Assembly (NCBI GenBank): GCA_964366325.1
Contig: CAYITD010000001.1
Span: 119,634-183,633, forward strand
Direction of reading: 5' to 3'
DNA from: Candidatus Woesearchaeota archaeon
GTDB taxonomy: Archaea > Nanobdellota > Nanobdellia > Pacearchaeales > GW2011-AR1
Length of the DNA: 64,000 nucleotides
Below, piece by piece: positions 1-9,767 of the stretch. A program made the position numbers and the translations under genes. The notes beneath the pieces were generated by a model, which did not search any database, was not told where the DNA came from, and saw nothing but the letters and a program-made list of their open reading frames with translations. Positions within the stretch are counted from its first letter, which is position 1; each line of letters starts with the position of its first letter.

Positions 1-81
1 AAAGAATTTTAGAAAGAATTGCAAAGATGGAAGAAAGGTTCTGATAGATAAAATTAAATAACTAATTTTTTATTCAAATAC

Positions 82-1725
82 ATGACCAAGTTAAAGAACG
101 AAATATGGGCTTACGCTTTAAGAAATATAATTGAGTATGGTAAAACAACTCCGGAAAATGTTCTGCCAAAGTTGTTTCAACACGGACTTGATAAAAAAGA
201 TATTGGAAAAGTAATGCCTGAAATAACAAAAGCAGTTTCCGAAATTAGCGCTCTCTCCCCAGAAAAAAGAATTCAAGAATTTGAAAAATTTAAAGATTAC
301 ATAAAGGAGAGAGAAGAAAAAGAAAAGACCTTACCAGAATTACCAAATGTAAAAGGCATGGTTATAACTAGGCTGCCTCCAGAACCCTCTAAATACTTAC
401 ACATAGGGCATGCAATTTCTTTTGTTTTGAACTACATTTATGCAAAAAGATATAATGGTCGCTGTCTTCTCAGGTTTGAAGATGCAAATCCAGAAAAAGT
501 TAGTCAAGAATATGTAGATGCTATTTTAGACGATATAAAAAATTATCTTGATATAAAATTTGATGACCTAAGATTTGTTTCAGACGACCTTCCTTTGCTT
601 TATGATTATGCAGAAAAGCTCATAAAAAAAGAGAAAGCTTACATGTGTTTTTGTTCGAGAGAAATAATGCAGGATTTTAGACATAAAGGGAAAGAATGCG
701 AATGCAGAAAAAATAAAGAAGATAAAAATCTCAAAGAATGGAAGAATTTTCTTAAAGGAGACTACATGAAAGGTGAGGCAATTTTAAGAATTAAGGGAGA
801 CATGCAAAGTAAAAATCATGTAATGAGAGATTCCGTAATTTTCAGAGCTGTTGCAGAAAAACATTTTAGACATGGAGCAAAGTATAAGGTCTGGCCAATG
901 TATGATTTCTATAATCCAATAGAAGATAGTCTAATGGGAGTAACTCATGTATTGAGAAGCAACGAATTCGAGCAGCGAGTAGAGTTGCAAGATTATATCA
1001 AGGAAGCTTTAGGGTTGAAAAAACAAACCATAATCCAGTACGGAAGATTCAATGTAATAGATGCAACAACAAAAGGTAGAGAGATTAGAGAGCTAATTGA
1101 AAGCGGAGAGCTTATAGGCTGGGACGATCCAAGGTTGGTAACTTTGAGAGCCCTAAAGAGGAGAGGAATAAAAAAAGAAGTAATTTATGCTTTGGTTAAT
1201 GAAGTAGGTTTATCAAAGTATGCTGTAAACCTAGACTTTAATATGATAGCTGCGATAAGCAGGAAACTATTAGATAAATCTACAGAAAGATACTACTTTG
1301 TTAAAGCTCCAAAGAAATTGAGTCTTTCTAGTGGAATCAAAATAAAAGAAGTTAAAATAAAGATCCATCCAGACAAAGAAGAATATAGAGTCGTGAAAGT
1401 TGGAAAGGATATTTTCATATCGCAGGAAGATTTTAATAATTTTAAGGGTAAAGAAGTCAGATTAATGAATTTATTTAATGTAAGACTTGGAGAAAAATCA
1501 GAAATTCTAAATAGCGATAATATGAAGGTTCAGAAAATTCAATGGGTTTCTTCAGGATTTAAAGCAAAAATTCTTATGGATGATGGAAAGTTTATCGAAG
1601 GTCTTGTCGAAGATGGAATCAAAAGGTTAAAAAACTCTGAAATAGTACAATTAGAAAGGTTTGGCTTCGTTAAGCTAGACAAAAAAGAAAAAGAGGAATA
1701 TGAGTTTTGGTTCACTCACAAATAA
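82..1725 (+). CDS. gltX: Glutamyl-tRNA synthetase, archaeal/eukaryotic-type class I (GlxRS)
   Basis: 547 aa; class I HIGH motif in PEPSKYLHIGHAISF; overall GluRS-like layout and length typical of archaeal GluRS. Confidence 0.88.
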   Translation: MTKLKNEIWAYALRNIIEYGKTTPENVLPKLFQHGLDKKDIGKVMPEITKAVSEISALSPEKRIQEFEKFKDYIKEREEKEKTLPELPNVKGMVITRLPPEPSKYLHIGHAISFVLNYIYAKRYNGRCLLRFEDANPEKVSQEYVDAILDDIKNYLDIKFDDLRFVSDDLPLLYDYAEKLIKKEKAYMCFCSREIMQDFRHKGKECECRKNKEDKNLKEWKNFLKGDYMKGEAILRIKGDMQSKNHVMRDSVIFRAVAEKHFRHGAKYKVWPMYDFYNPIEDSLMGVTHVLRSNEFEQRVELQDYIKEALGLKKQTIIQYGRFNVIDATTKGREIRELIESGELIGWDDPRLVTLRALKRRGIKKEVIYALVNEVGLSKYAVNLDFNMIAAISRKLLDKSTERYYFVKAPKKLSLSSGIKIKEVKIKIHPDKEEYRVVKVGKDIFISQEDFNNFKGKEVRLMNLFNVRLGEKSEILNSDNMKVQKIQWVSSGFKAKILMDDGKFIEGLVEDGIKRLKNSEIVQLERFGFVKLDKKEKEEYEFWFTHK

Positions 1726-1777
1726 ATGCTCAAAAAAGAGGACAGATATGAAAGGAGGTAAAGAAAACATTTCTATT

Positions 1778-2248
1778 ATGATAGGAAAAAAAGGTTTAAG
1801 CAGCGTTATTGCTACAGTACTTATTGTACTTTTATCACTTGTTGCTGTGACTTTGTTGTGGACATTCATTAGAGGCGGAATAGAGCAATCTAGTTCAGCA
1901 GTTGAAGTCTCAAACAAATGTCTAAATACAGAAATAAGGCCTACAAATTGTGTAGTTGATAAAACTGCAGGAAATGCAGACGTAATAGTTAGATCAACAA
2001 GAGGCGAGGCTGAGAAGCTAGTATTAATTTTGGAAAGAAACGATGGCACAACAAGTGTTAGTGCAGTTTCAACAGATGTTCCAGCAAATACTTTAGAAAC
2101 GAAGCCTTTGAACGATGTACCCTTTGCGGCCAACTTTATAGTGCCTGGGACTGACACATTCAAGTTAAAGGTAGCGGCAGTATTTACTGATAGTACAGGG
2201 AAAGACGCTTTCTGTGATCCGTCACCAGTTGTTGTAGCTTGTAGTTAA
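1778..2248 (+). CDS. Archaeal type IV pilin-like protein with class III signal peptide
   Basis: N-terminus MIGKKGLSSVIATVLIVLLSLVAVTLLW = basic residues-G then ~20 hydrophobic aa, classic PibD/FlaK substrate; SD-like aaaggagg upstream; start chosen at internal ATG (ORF track begins 1700). Confidence 0.6.
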   Translation: MIGKKGLSSVIATVLIVLLSLVAVTLLWTFIRGGIEQSSSAVEVSNKCLNTEIRPTNCVVDKTAGNADVIVRSTRGEAEKLVLILERNDGTTSVSAVSTDVPANTLETKPLNDVPFAANFIVPGTDTFKLKVAAVFTDSTGKDAFCDPSPVVVACS

Positions 2249-2455
2249 AAGTATTTTTATTTTATTTTATTTTATTTATTATCATTTGGGTTCAATACCC
2301 AGATGCTTTGCATCGACCAAATGGTAATCAAAGATTGCTGAGATGAGATAGCGAATTTCTAAGCAATCTTTTTATATTATATTGAAAAGATAGTGGGGGG
2401 CAGAGGAAATTTAAAAATTCAGATTTTCTAAAAACACATAATCAAAGAATATGAA

Positions 2456-2500
2456 GGAGGGCAAGAGTAGCCCTCCCTTATCTTGCTTTCATTTTTTTAC
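2456..2500 (+). terminator. GC hairpin (GGAGGGC-aagagta-GCCCTCC) followed by T-rich tract
   Basis: perfect 7-bp GC stem at 2456-2476 then cttatcttgctttcattttttt; sits in 420-nt intergenic between pilin gene and rps10. Confidence 0.3.
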
Positions 2501-2672
2501 ATATAGATAATCCTCCGCTTGTAGCTATAATCTCTAAATATTTTTATTATTAAAGGACTGTTAAAGATAAATCAAGAGAGACAATTAAGAGCTATTTTTC
2601 ATAAAGGTTATATATCAACAGTTAGAGTCATTTTAGGATAAGCTTTATAAAGCATCAAACTGTGTTTTTTTC

Positions 2673-2981
2673 ATGTCTAAGGTAAGAATCAAATTGAACA
2701 GTATAGAGATAGATAAGATCAACTCAGTCATAGATTCTATAAAAGAAATAACGCAAAGGTCAGGAGTTGTAATGAGGGGGCCAATACCTTTGCCAACAAG
2801 ACACCTAAAGATAACGACCAGAAAATCCCCATGCGGAAATGGAACTGCTACATTTGACAGGTTCGAAATGAGAGTCCACAGAAGAATAATTGATCTTCCT
2901 GCTGAAGACAGAATCTTACATTCAATAATGAAATTGCAAATACCACGATCAGTGCAGATAAAAATTGAGATGAAGGATTAA
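2673..2981 (+). CDS. rps10: 30S ribosomal protein S10 (uS10)
   Basis: 102 aa; RIKL...GPIPLPT...TFDRFEMRVHRRIIDL matches uS10 signature. Confidence 0.9.
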   Translation: MSKVRIKLNSIEIDKINSVIDSIKEITQRSGVVMRGPIPLPTRHLKITTRKSPCGNGTATFDRFEMRVHRRIIDLPAEDRILHSIMKLQIPRSVQIKIEMKD

Positions 2982-3017
2982 CTAAATCTTTTTATAATCT
3001 ATAATTCAATTAAAAAT

Positions 3018-3629
3018 ATGGTGAGAGAAATCCTTGTCGTAAAAAAAGATCTTCTTTTTGGAGAAAAATATTTCCAAGGCTTTTGTCCAATCGATGAAAA
3101 AGATTATCTAGAAATTGTTCTTAATAATTTTGAATATCAGGAAAGAAACGACTTATTAGAAAATAATCCAGATTTTCAGCAGATAATTCCTTATGTCTGG
3201 ATCATAAATAAAAAAGAAGGAAGGGTTTTTTTATATAAAAGAGCAAAAACTGGGAACGAAGGAAGGCTGCATGATAAGTATTCTGGAGGCGTTGGAGGCC
3301 ATATAGATAAGGATACAGAAGAAAAATCCCTTGATCCCATTATGGATGCTATGATGAGAGAATTAAAAGAAGAAGTTCTCATGCAAAGCTATCCTTTGCC
3401 TAAATTAATAGGTTTTATCAATGATGATGCAACAGACGTTGGCAAAGTTCATTTTGGAGTTATCGCAATCACAGAAAGCGCAGATGACGTAAAACCCCTT
3501 GAAGATATGTCCAGCGGGATGTTTTATTCAATCTCAGAAGCAGATAAACTTATTTCAGATCCCAATGCAGACATTGAAACTTGGACGAAGATTAGCTGGC
3601 CTTCTGTTAGAGAGTTTATAGAGAATTAG
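3018..3629 (+). CDS. Hypothetical protein, possible Nudix-like hydrolase
   Basis: GGVGGHIDKDTEE...RELKEEV loosely resembles Nudix box GX5EX7REUXEEXGU with an insertion; weak. Confidence 0.3.
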   Translation: MVREILVVKKDLLFGEKYFQGFCPIDEKDYLEIVLNNFEYQERNDLLENNPDFQQIIPYVWIINKKEGRVFLYKRAKTGNEGRLHDKYSGGVGGHIDKDTEEKSLDPIMDAMMRELKEEVLMQSYPLPKLIGFINDDATDVGKVHFGVIAITESADDVKPLEDMSSGMFYSISEADKLISDPNADIETWTKISWPSVREFIEN

Positions 3630-3630
3630 A

Positions 3631-4275
3631 TCATTCTAATAGAATTCTTTCTAACTCGTAAATATCAGGTAAATTATAATGTGCTTCAGCTGAAGTAGCA
3701 TTTACAATAGCTGTTGTAAGGCCTAATTTTCTCGCAGGGAGAATATCTACCTCTTCTCTATCTCCAACAAAAAACATTCTTGATAAGTCTGTTCCGTGGT
3801 TTTTTGCAATGTCCCTAAAAGCAGATCCATCCCTTCTTGATAGTTTGCTTTCACCATATATCTTATATGAAAATAAGTTCTCATCTAAGCCGAGAGCTTC
3901 TAATTTTCTTAAAGCTACCAATTTTCCACTGCCTGTAATAAGAAAAAGAGAAAATGATTGTTTTAGTTTGGCAAACATCTCTATTAATTTTTCATCTTTC
4001 CTTAATAGGCTTTCTATATTCGTATTTTCTAAAGCTTTTTGCATTAATCCTTTTCCATCTTCAATACCAATAGCCTGCAATGAGCGACTGCCACTTTTTG
4101 TTTTGTCTAACTCTCTAAGAAACTGTTCCAAGACATCTTGATAAGGTCTATTTAAAATTTCTGAAGCTTTAAGACAAGAGTATTCCCTAATTCTTCTGTA
4201 TATTTCTTCATTAAGAGGGTATAAAGTACCATCCAAATCAAATCCAAGTAGATCTACATCAATTATTTTTTTCAT
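3631..4275 (-). CDS. HAD-superfamily hydrolase
   Basis: N-terminal motif I FDLDGTL; C-terminal FFVGDREEVD (motif IV-like). Confidence 0.8.
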   Translation of the reverse strand: MKKIIDVDLLGFDLDGTLYPLNEEIYRRIREYSCLKASEILNRPYQDVLEQFLRELDKTKSGSRSLQAIGIEDGKGLMQKALENTNIESLLRKDEKLIEMFAKLKQSFSLFLITGSGKLVALRKLEALGLDENLFSYKIYGESKLSRRDGSAFRDIAKNHGTDLSRMFFVGDREEVDILPARKLGLTTAIVNATSAEAHYNLPDIYELERILLE

Positions 4276-4880
4276 TACAAATCCCTAATCAGCTTGTATG
4301 CTTGTTCAGCTGTTTGTTCTTGTGAAATATGGGATGTATCTATAAATCTTAGGTTTAATTCTGGAACATGGTCTGGAAGAGATCGATATAAATCTGCTAG
4401 CTGATCTATTCTTTCTGCACACTCATTTCTACTTAATCTTTCTCCTGTCGCATTGCTTCTAGATAAAGCGCGTTCATAGCCTATATTACCTTCAACTGTC
4501 AGACATATAGATAGATTTGGCCAAGGTATTGCTTCATTTTGTTTGCGTATGACTTCTATAGGTACTCCACCTTGTAAACCTTGATAAACAAAATTATCTG
4601 CTAGACCTCTATTGAATAGGAAGAATAAATTTTCTTCTTTTGTTCTTTTCAACACTTGAGATTCATAAATTAAAAGTCTGTCCACTGTAAATATTGCAGC
4701 CTCTACCCATGGACTTTTATCTACTCTGAGTCTATATCCCTTAGCAAGGCCTCTCAAGGGACCTGGCTCGGTAAGCTCAACCACTTCAAGACCCTCTTTT
4801 CTCAACAGCTCAGCTAAGCTTTTCTGCACAGTTTCTTTGCCTGTAGCTGAAGTACCAACAAGTTGAATTATCTTTGCCAT
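4275..4880 (-). CDS. tmk: Thymidylate (dTMP) kinase-like P-loop kinase
   Basis: P-loop GTSATGKET; DRLL...S and ADNFVYQG resemble Tmk DRY/LID-region motifs; start taken at MAKIIQ. Confidence 0.65.
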   Translation of the reverse strand: MAKIIQLVGTSATGKETVQKSLAELLRKEGLEVVELTEPGPLRGLAKGYRLRVDKSPWVEAAIFTVDRLLIYESQVLKRTKEENLFFLFNRGLADNFVYQGLQGGVPIEVIRKQNEAIPWPNLSICLTVEGNIGYERALSRSNATGERLSRNECAERIDQLADLYRSLPDHVPELNLRFIDTSHISQEQTAEQAYKLIRDL

Positions 4881-4881
4881 T

Positions 4882-5535
4882 TTAAGAACCAACAAAACGA
4901 GGTTTACCACATCCAATTATATCGAAATTTCTATACAATGAGTAAGGGTTAGATACACGATAAAGTTTCTTTTCTTTCATAGAGCTTGGAACAGATTCAA
5001 CTACTTTTACTCTATCCCATCCATTAGGATGTGCATAATATGGGTATGCATGATTTACACCAGAAATATAAACTGCATTGAACTCCATATCTAAAGATCT
5101 AGCTAAAGCCACTCTATGTGCGCCATCACATATTAAAGGGATGTTAATGTTCAAACTGTCATTTTCATGATCAATTTCTCCTTCTTGTTTAACATATCTC
5201 ACATTTCTCGAGGTCACTTCCATTATTGGAGGTGTCAATGTCCAAATTTCATTTTTCTCATTTCTAATTTCTAGAGCCTCACTTAAATTTAAGGTATCAA
5301 TAGAATAATTTGAAAGTAGTTGCTCTCTGAGGTCTCTTTGAAAGTCCAAGTTATGTCTTAATAAATAAAAAGTTGGAGGGTTAACTTGATCATGGGTGAG
5401 CCTCTTTAGAGTTATATTCGCCTCTTCGTAAACTAATACATCCCTTTCTTCTTCTGTTGTTTTTTTTAGAGGGACTTGCTTTAGTTTTCTAACCAGCTCT
5501 TCAAAACCTATATGTCTAACTATTTCTATTTTCAT
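4882..5535 (-). CDS. Hypothetical protein with ParB/sulfiredoxin-like DGxHR motif
   Basis: ICDGAHRVALARSL resembles ParB-N/Srx fold catalytic motif; lies between tmk and thyX-like gene. Confidence 0.3.
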   Translation of the reverse strand: MKIEIVRHIGFEELVRKLKQVPLKKTTEEERDVLVYEEANITLKRLTHDQVNPPTFYLLRHNLDFQRDLREQLLSNYSIDTLNLSEALEIRNEKNEIWTLTPPIMEVTSRNVRYVKQEGEIDHENDSLNINIPLICDGAHRVALARSLDMEFNAVYISGVNHAYPYYAHPNGWDRVKVVESVPSSMKEKKLYRVSNPYSLYRNFDIIGCGKPRFVGS

Positions 5536-7298
5536 TTTCTATTCTTATCAAACCACTCATAACCTCTTTTCCATAAGTGTGGAGGATATTCGCGTTCATC
5601 GTGTTTCAAATATTTAGCTGTTTCGGGCATTTCTCTTTTGAATTGTTCTACCATTTCCCTAGCAGTTTTGACATAAGCTGAATTGCCTTTAGATATATCT
5701 GTTCTCAAATTAGCTATGTACCCAAGTTGATTAGCTTGCCAGGAATGTAATGCTCTGCAATTTGCACCAAACGGAACTAACTTTTCTGCAACATGAGGAC
5801 TTATTCTTCTTGCTTCTTCATACATTGACTTGGCCATTTCTATATCTCTAGCATAATCTTCTTCTATTCCAAAAAAGCTAACTATCTCTGGAACTTCAAA
5901 TCCATGTTGCGTAGTTAATAACTGTGTTGACCTAGCTCCTCTTCTATGGCGAAATAAATCTCTATAACCATGATAAGGCATTAGAAGCTCAAACATAAGT
6001 CCACCATGACTTATTGAGGGACTTATTACATCATAAGTTCCTCTATGCCTGTGCGTTTTTTCTAGAACCTCTCTAACATCTGTCTCAGAAAGTGAGGACA
6101 TTATAGATCTTAAAGAAGAATGTGTATATGGAAATACAGCCAAAGCAGCATTGAAGCGATCAGTATGCATTTCTATATCTCTTGGAGTTAACAATGTAGC
6201 TGACTTTGCTCCTCCATGTTCAGGTTGTGCTTGTCCGAATCTTTCTTCAAAATAAGAACGTAATTCTCCTTCATTTTTCACTTTCCATTCATCTACGCTC
6301 ACATGGCTTTTTTCTCCAAGGAGAACAGGAGCTATTTTTTTTGCCTCATTCCATATACTATTTCCTCTTCTTTGATCTTCTGTCCTAGGGCTAGAAATAA
6401 GATCTGTTATAACCTCTTCTAATGTGCGCGCATCAACAGAGTAAACATATGAGGTTCTTGTGCCTGCTAATAAATATACTCGACTAGAGTCCAAAACAAA
6501 CTTACCTACCTCTTTTCTCATGGCCTCATTTGTCAAACCTGCCAAAACTTCTTCTCTAAACTTTGCTCTATCATTATCATCTGGGTGAAAATCAGGGTTT
6601 AAGCGAGTTTTACGTTTTATTTTTGCTTCTACTTCTGACTCCATGTTTTCTTCACTTCTTAAATGATCAGCAATATCTCTTGTGTCAGAGTGATTGAAAA
6701 CAAGATCTCCTAATTGTTCAGTCAATGCCAAATATCTACGATTCATATAACTTGCATATTCTAAAAATTTTCCTGAGGACGGTAAACTCCTGATATCTTC
6801 ATCTTCAAGTATTCCATCTAGAACTCTGCCATAAGAAATATATCTCGTTGACTTAGCCTGTGGCCTCATTAAAGGATGCCCGCTTATCTTTTTGCCAGTT
6901 ATATCCGAAACATTTTCAGAATGTCCAAAAAGAGTAGTACCTTCTTTTATAGAATCATGTCCGTGTGCCAAAACCCATTCTCTGTTAAAGTCTCCAGTTC
7001 TACGCGATATTTTTAATGATCCATCTTTATTTCTAAATATCTCCATCAGTGTAGGAATCTGAGAAATCATGGAACGCGTTTGTTCCGTTTTTTCTATGTC
7101 TAAAAATTGTAAAACTCTCGTTTGCATTGGAGAGTGAGTTCTAGAAACTGCAGACATAAGAGGAGATAGTTCTTCTCCAGCTACAAGAGGCTGTGGATAA
7201 ATGAAGCTGTTTTCCCCATATGGATTAGTAAAAACAAAATTTCTTATTAAATTCTCTTCTCCAGCAGAAAAATTCCTCATCACTCTTTCTTCAACCAT
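5532..7298 (-). CDS. Flavin-dependent thymidylate synthase (ThyX)-like protein, unusually long (two ThyX-like halves)
   Basis: LAHGHDS (cf. ThyX HGHETPFEH), FRHRRGARS (cf. RHRxxS), ARRISPHV...ANCRALHSWQANQLGYIANLRTD (cf. ThyX AR..LP...N.R.L..F..LR.D); 5' end of track ORF is hydrophobic junk so start moved to MVEERV. Confidence 0.45.
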   Translation of the reverse strand: MVEERVMRNFSAGEENLIRNFVFTNPYGENSFIYPQPLVAGEELSPLMSAVSRTHSPMQTRVLQFLDIEKTEQTRSMISQIPTLMEIFRNKDGSLKISRRTGDFNREWVLAHGHDSIKEGTTLFGHSENVSDITGKKISGHPLMRPQAKSTRYISYGRVLDGILEDEDIRSLPSSGKFLEYASYMNRRYLALTEQLGDLVFNHSDTRDIADHLRSEENMESEVEAKIKRKTRLNPDFHPDDNDRAKFREEVLAGLTNEAMRKEVGKFVLDSSRVYLLAGTRTSYVYSVDARTLEEVITDLISSPRTEDQRRGNSIWNEAKKIAPVLLGEKSHVSVDEWKVKNEGELRSYFEERFGQAQPEHGGAKSATLLTPRDIEMHTDRFNAALAVFPYTHSSLRSIMSSLSETDVREVLEKTHRHRGTYDVISPSISHGGLMFELLMPYHGYRDLFRHRRGARSTQLLTTQHGFEVPEIVSFFGIEEDYARDIEMAKSMYEEARRISPHVAEKLVPFGANCRALHSWQANQLGYIANLRTDISKGNSAYVKTAREMVEQFKREMPETAKYLKHDEREYPPHLWKRGYEWFDKNRK

Positions 7299-7407
7299 GT
7301 TTTTTGTTATACGTTTTAGTATTAAAATATAGATAATAGTGAAAAGTATATGTTTTTGTGTTAGGGACACATGGAAAAGATTAAAACCCTGATTTTTTAT
7401 CCACTAC

Positions 7408-8010
7408 ATGCACTACCTAAATTCAAACCTCTTTAACAACACTGCAACTCTAAAAAACAAATTCTCCAGTGCAAAACCATTCAAGCATATTTTCATAGAA
7501 AATTTTCTTGATGAAAAAACTGTCGAAGTTCTATTTAAAGAATTAAAAAATCAAGAATTTGAAGAGAAAGAAGCTGACTTGTTTCATCTTTATCAAACAA
7601 AAGACTTTTTTAATCTCGAAAATGGAAAATTGAGCGAATTTTACGAATATTTTAAAGGAAAAGAAGTTAAGAAATTAATTGAAGAACTTACAGGAATTAA
7701 ACTTAAAGGAAAAATTGATATGGCTGGAAGTTTATACAAAGATACAAACTTTCTTTTGTGTCATGACGATGAGTTGTCTGGAAGAAAAATCGCGTTTTTA
7801 ATCTATTTACCGAAAAACTTTGAAGAAAAGGATGGCGGTTCTTTTGTCCTATTTGATAGTAAAAATGAAAAGCCGCTAAATAAAACGATAAAATATCTTC
7901 CAAAATGGAATTCATTTTTAATGTTTGAAGTTTCAAAAATTTCATTTCATGAAGTGGAAGAAGTTATAGGAAAAAAAGAAAGATATGCAATAGGAGGTTG
8001 GTTCCATTGA
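7408..8010 (+). CDS. 2OG-Fe(II) oxygenase, PKHD/Tpa1/OGFOD1-like catalytic DSBH domain
   Basis: HxD in LLCHDDE, distal His FHEVEEV, C-terminal RYAIGGWFH typical of Tpa1/Ofd1/OGFOD1 prolyl-hydroxylase family. Confidence 0.65.
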   Translation: MHYLNSNLFNNTATLKNKFSSAKPFKHIFIENFLDEKTVEVLFKELKNQEFEEKEADLFHLYQTKDFFNLENGKLSEFYEYFKGKEVKKLIEELTGIKLKGKIDMAGSLYKDTNFLLCHDDELSGRKIAFLIYLPKNFEEKDGGSFVLFDSKNEKPLNKTIKYLPKWNSFLMFEVSKISFHEVEEVIGKKERYAIGGWFH

Positions 8011-8564
8011 TAATAAACAAAATTTATCTTGACTATGAAGTGTTAAGTCAGATAGGCAGAGCTTTCAAAAATTCAAATCCAAGAATGATAAAACTAGACA
8101 ATTTGCTTGATTTAAAATTTTATAATGAATTAAGAGAAAAACTTAATTTTTTAAGTTTTGAAAAAACTAAAATTCCTGATAAGTATTCCTTTTCAGAATT
8201 TAAAATTAATAATGAGATTGACATTGAAGAACTTGGAGATTTTATTAATAAAATAACAGAAAAGAAAAATAAAATAAAAATAAAATTAAGAAAATATTCT
8301 TGGAAAGATTATAAATTAATTCACGATTCTGAGAATTTCTCAGGTATAAAATTTTGCATTTTTATTCTTTCTGAGGAATCATGGGACTCAAACAATGGAG
8401 GATCTTTCGTTTTCAGAAGCAAGGAAGATTATGTTTTCTCTCCATTTAGCAACTCATTTTTTATTATTGAAAAAAAGAAAGATATGCAGGACTTTGTTCA
8501 GTATGTAAACAACAAAGCCGGAAACAAATGCTTTTATGTTATTGAGGGAACTGTCTTTTCATGA
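7998..8564 (+). CDS. Second, degenerate DSBH domain; probably C-terminal half of the same Tpa1-like gene (frameshift or split)
   Basis: LIHDSE...NGGSFVF resembles DSBH but lacks distal His; ORF has no ATG start (TTG at 7998), overlaps upstream ORF by 13 nt. Confidence 0.45.
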   Translation: MVPLIINKIYLDYEVLSQIGRAFKNSNPRMIKLDNLLDLKFYNELREKLNFLSFEKTKIPDKYSFSEFKINNEIDIEELGDFINKITEKKNKIKIKLRKYSWKDYKLIHDSENFSGIKFCIFILSEESWDSNNGGSFVFRSKEDYVFSPFSNSFFIIEKKKDMQDFVQYVNNKAGNKCFYVIEGTVFS

Positions 8565-9034
8565 AAGTAAAACACACATGTTTCGCTGGAATTTCTCAAG
8601 AAAGGATTGATGCAATAAAGGGCTACAATACTAGAGACCTAACTTCGCAGAGATTTTCAGACCCAAAGTCTTGGGTAGAGCTTGCAGATGTTATGACTTA
8701 CCATCCGCATCCTGTGACGCGTCATGAAGCTTGCTTTTTAGCTGCCGAGTTGCAAATACCTTACGTGCACAGGTTAGTAGCCGTAGTTAAGTTTGATGTA
8801 AGCATTGTAAACAAACATGAAGCTGCCGAGTCTCTTGGTAAAGTAATGGACAGAGATGATGCTTGGATGAGTTATGTATTTTTAAGCAAAACAACAAAGA
8901 AAAATAGAAAAAATTTCAGATATGATTCTAAAGTTTATCACCCAGACGTTCAAGCAACTATTTTAGAATCAATAACAGAATTAGAGGAACGTTTTCCTGA
9001 TTTCAAAAATAGAACTATTTCAAATGCTTTTTAG
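8561..9034 (+). CDS. Hypothetical protein
   Basis: 157-aa ORF, no recognisable motif; translationally coupled to upstream oxygenase ORFs. Confidence 0.35.
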   Translation: MKVKHTCFAGISQERIDAIKGYNTRDLTSQRFSDPKSWVELADVMTYHPHPVTRHEACFLAAELQIPYVHRLVAVVKFDVSIVNKHEAAESLGKVMDRDDAWMSYVFLSKTTKKNRKNFRYDSKVYHPDVQATILESITELEERFPDFKNRTISNAF

Positions 9035-9084
9035 ATCAATTATTTAGAAAGTTTTAAATGGCTTGCTTTTCTCTTTATTTTTTG

Positions 9085-9762
9085 ATGAAGAAAATAGTGA
9101 TCTCTTTAGGAGGTTCGTTAATTTGCCCCAAAGAAATAGATGTTAATTTTATCAATAATTTCAAAGAATTATTAGAATCTTATTCTAAAGAAAAAATTTT
9201 ATTTGTTGTTGTTTGCGGTGGAGGTTATATTGCAAGAAGTTATCAAGAGTCAGCAAATATAATTACTAAATTGGACAGCGAAAATAAGGACTGGTTAGGG
9301 ATCCAAGCTACCAAAATTAATGCTTTGCTCATAAAATCTGTATTTAAAGAAGAATTGGTTCATGGAGAAGTCATAGAAGATCCAACTTTAAAAATTGAAA
9401 CAGATAAGCAAATAATAATCTGTTCTGGCTGGAAGCCAGGATGGAGTACAGATTATGTAGCGGTAAAAATGGCTTTGAACTTTAAAGCTGATAAAATAAT
9501 AAACCTGAGCAACATTGACTATGTTTACAGTGCCGACCCTAAAAAGAATTCAAAGACTATAAAATATAAGAAATTAAATTGGAAAGCGTATCTAAGTCTA
9601 ATAGATAACAAGTGGAGTCCAGGAATGAATTCACCATTTGATCCTATAGCCTCGCAATTAGCGGAAAAAGAAAAATTAGAAGTAAATATAATTGGGAAAG
9701 ATCTGGAAAATTTAAAGAATTTAATTAACGGAAATAATTTTGAAGGAACTATAATAGGTTAG
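9085..9762 (+). CDS. Amino acid kinase family protein (UMP kinase-like)
   Basis: MKKIVISLGGS...VVVCGGG glycine-rich motifs of aspartate/glutamate/uridylate kinase fold; ~225 aa like archaeal PyrH. Confidence 0.7.
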   Translation: MKKIVISLGGSLICPKEIDVNFINNFKELLESYSKEKILFVVVCGGGYIARSYQESANIITKLDSENKDWLGIQATKINALLIKSVFKEELVHGEVIEDPTLKIETDKQIIICSGWKPGWSTDYVAVKMALNFKADKIINLSNIDYVYSADPKKNSKTIKYKKLNWKAYLSLIDNKWSPGMNSPFDPIASQLAEKEKLEVNIIGKDLENLKNLINGNNFEGTIIG

Positions 9763-9767
9763 TCAAT

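Noticed and set aside
1675-2163. 162-aa minus-strand ORF overlapping the pilin gene
   Set aside because: Opposite-strand shadow of a gene with a clear class III signal peptide.
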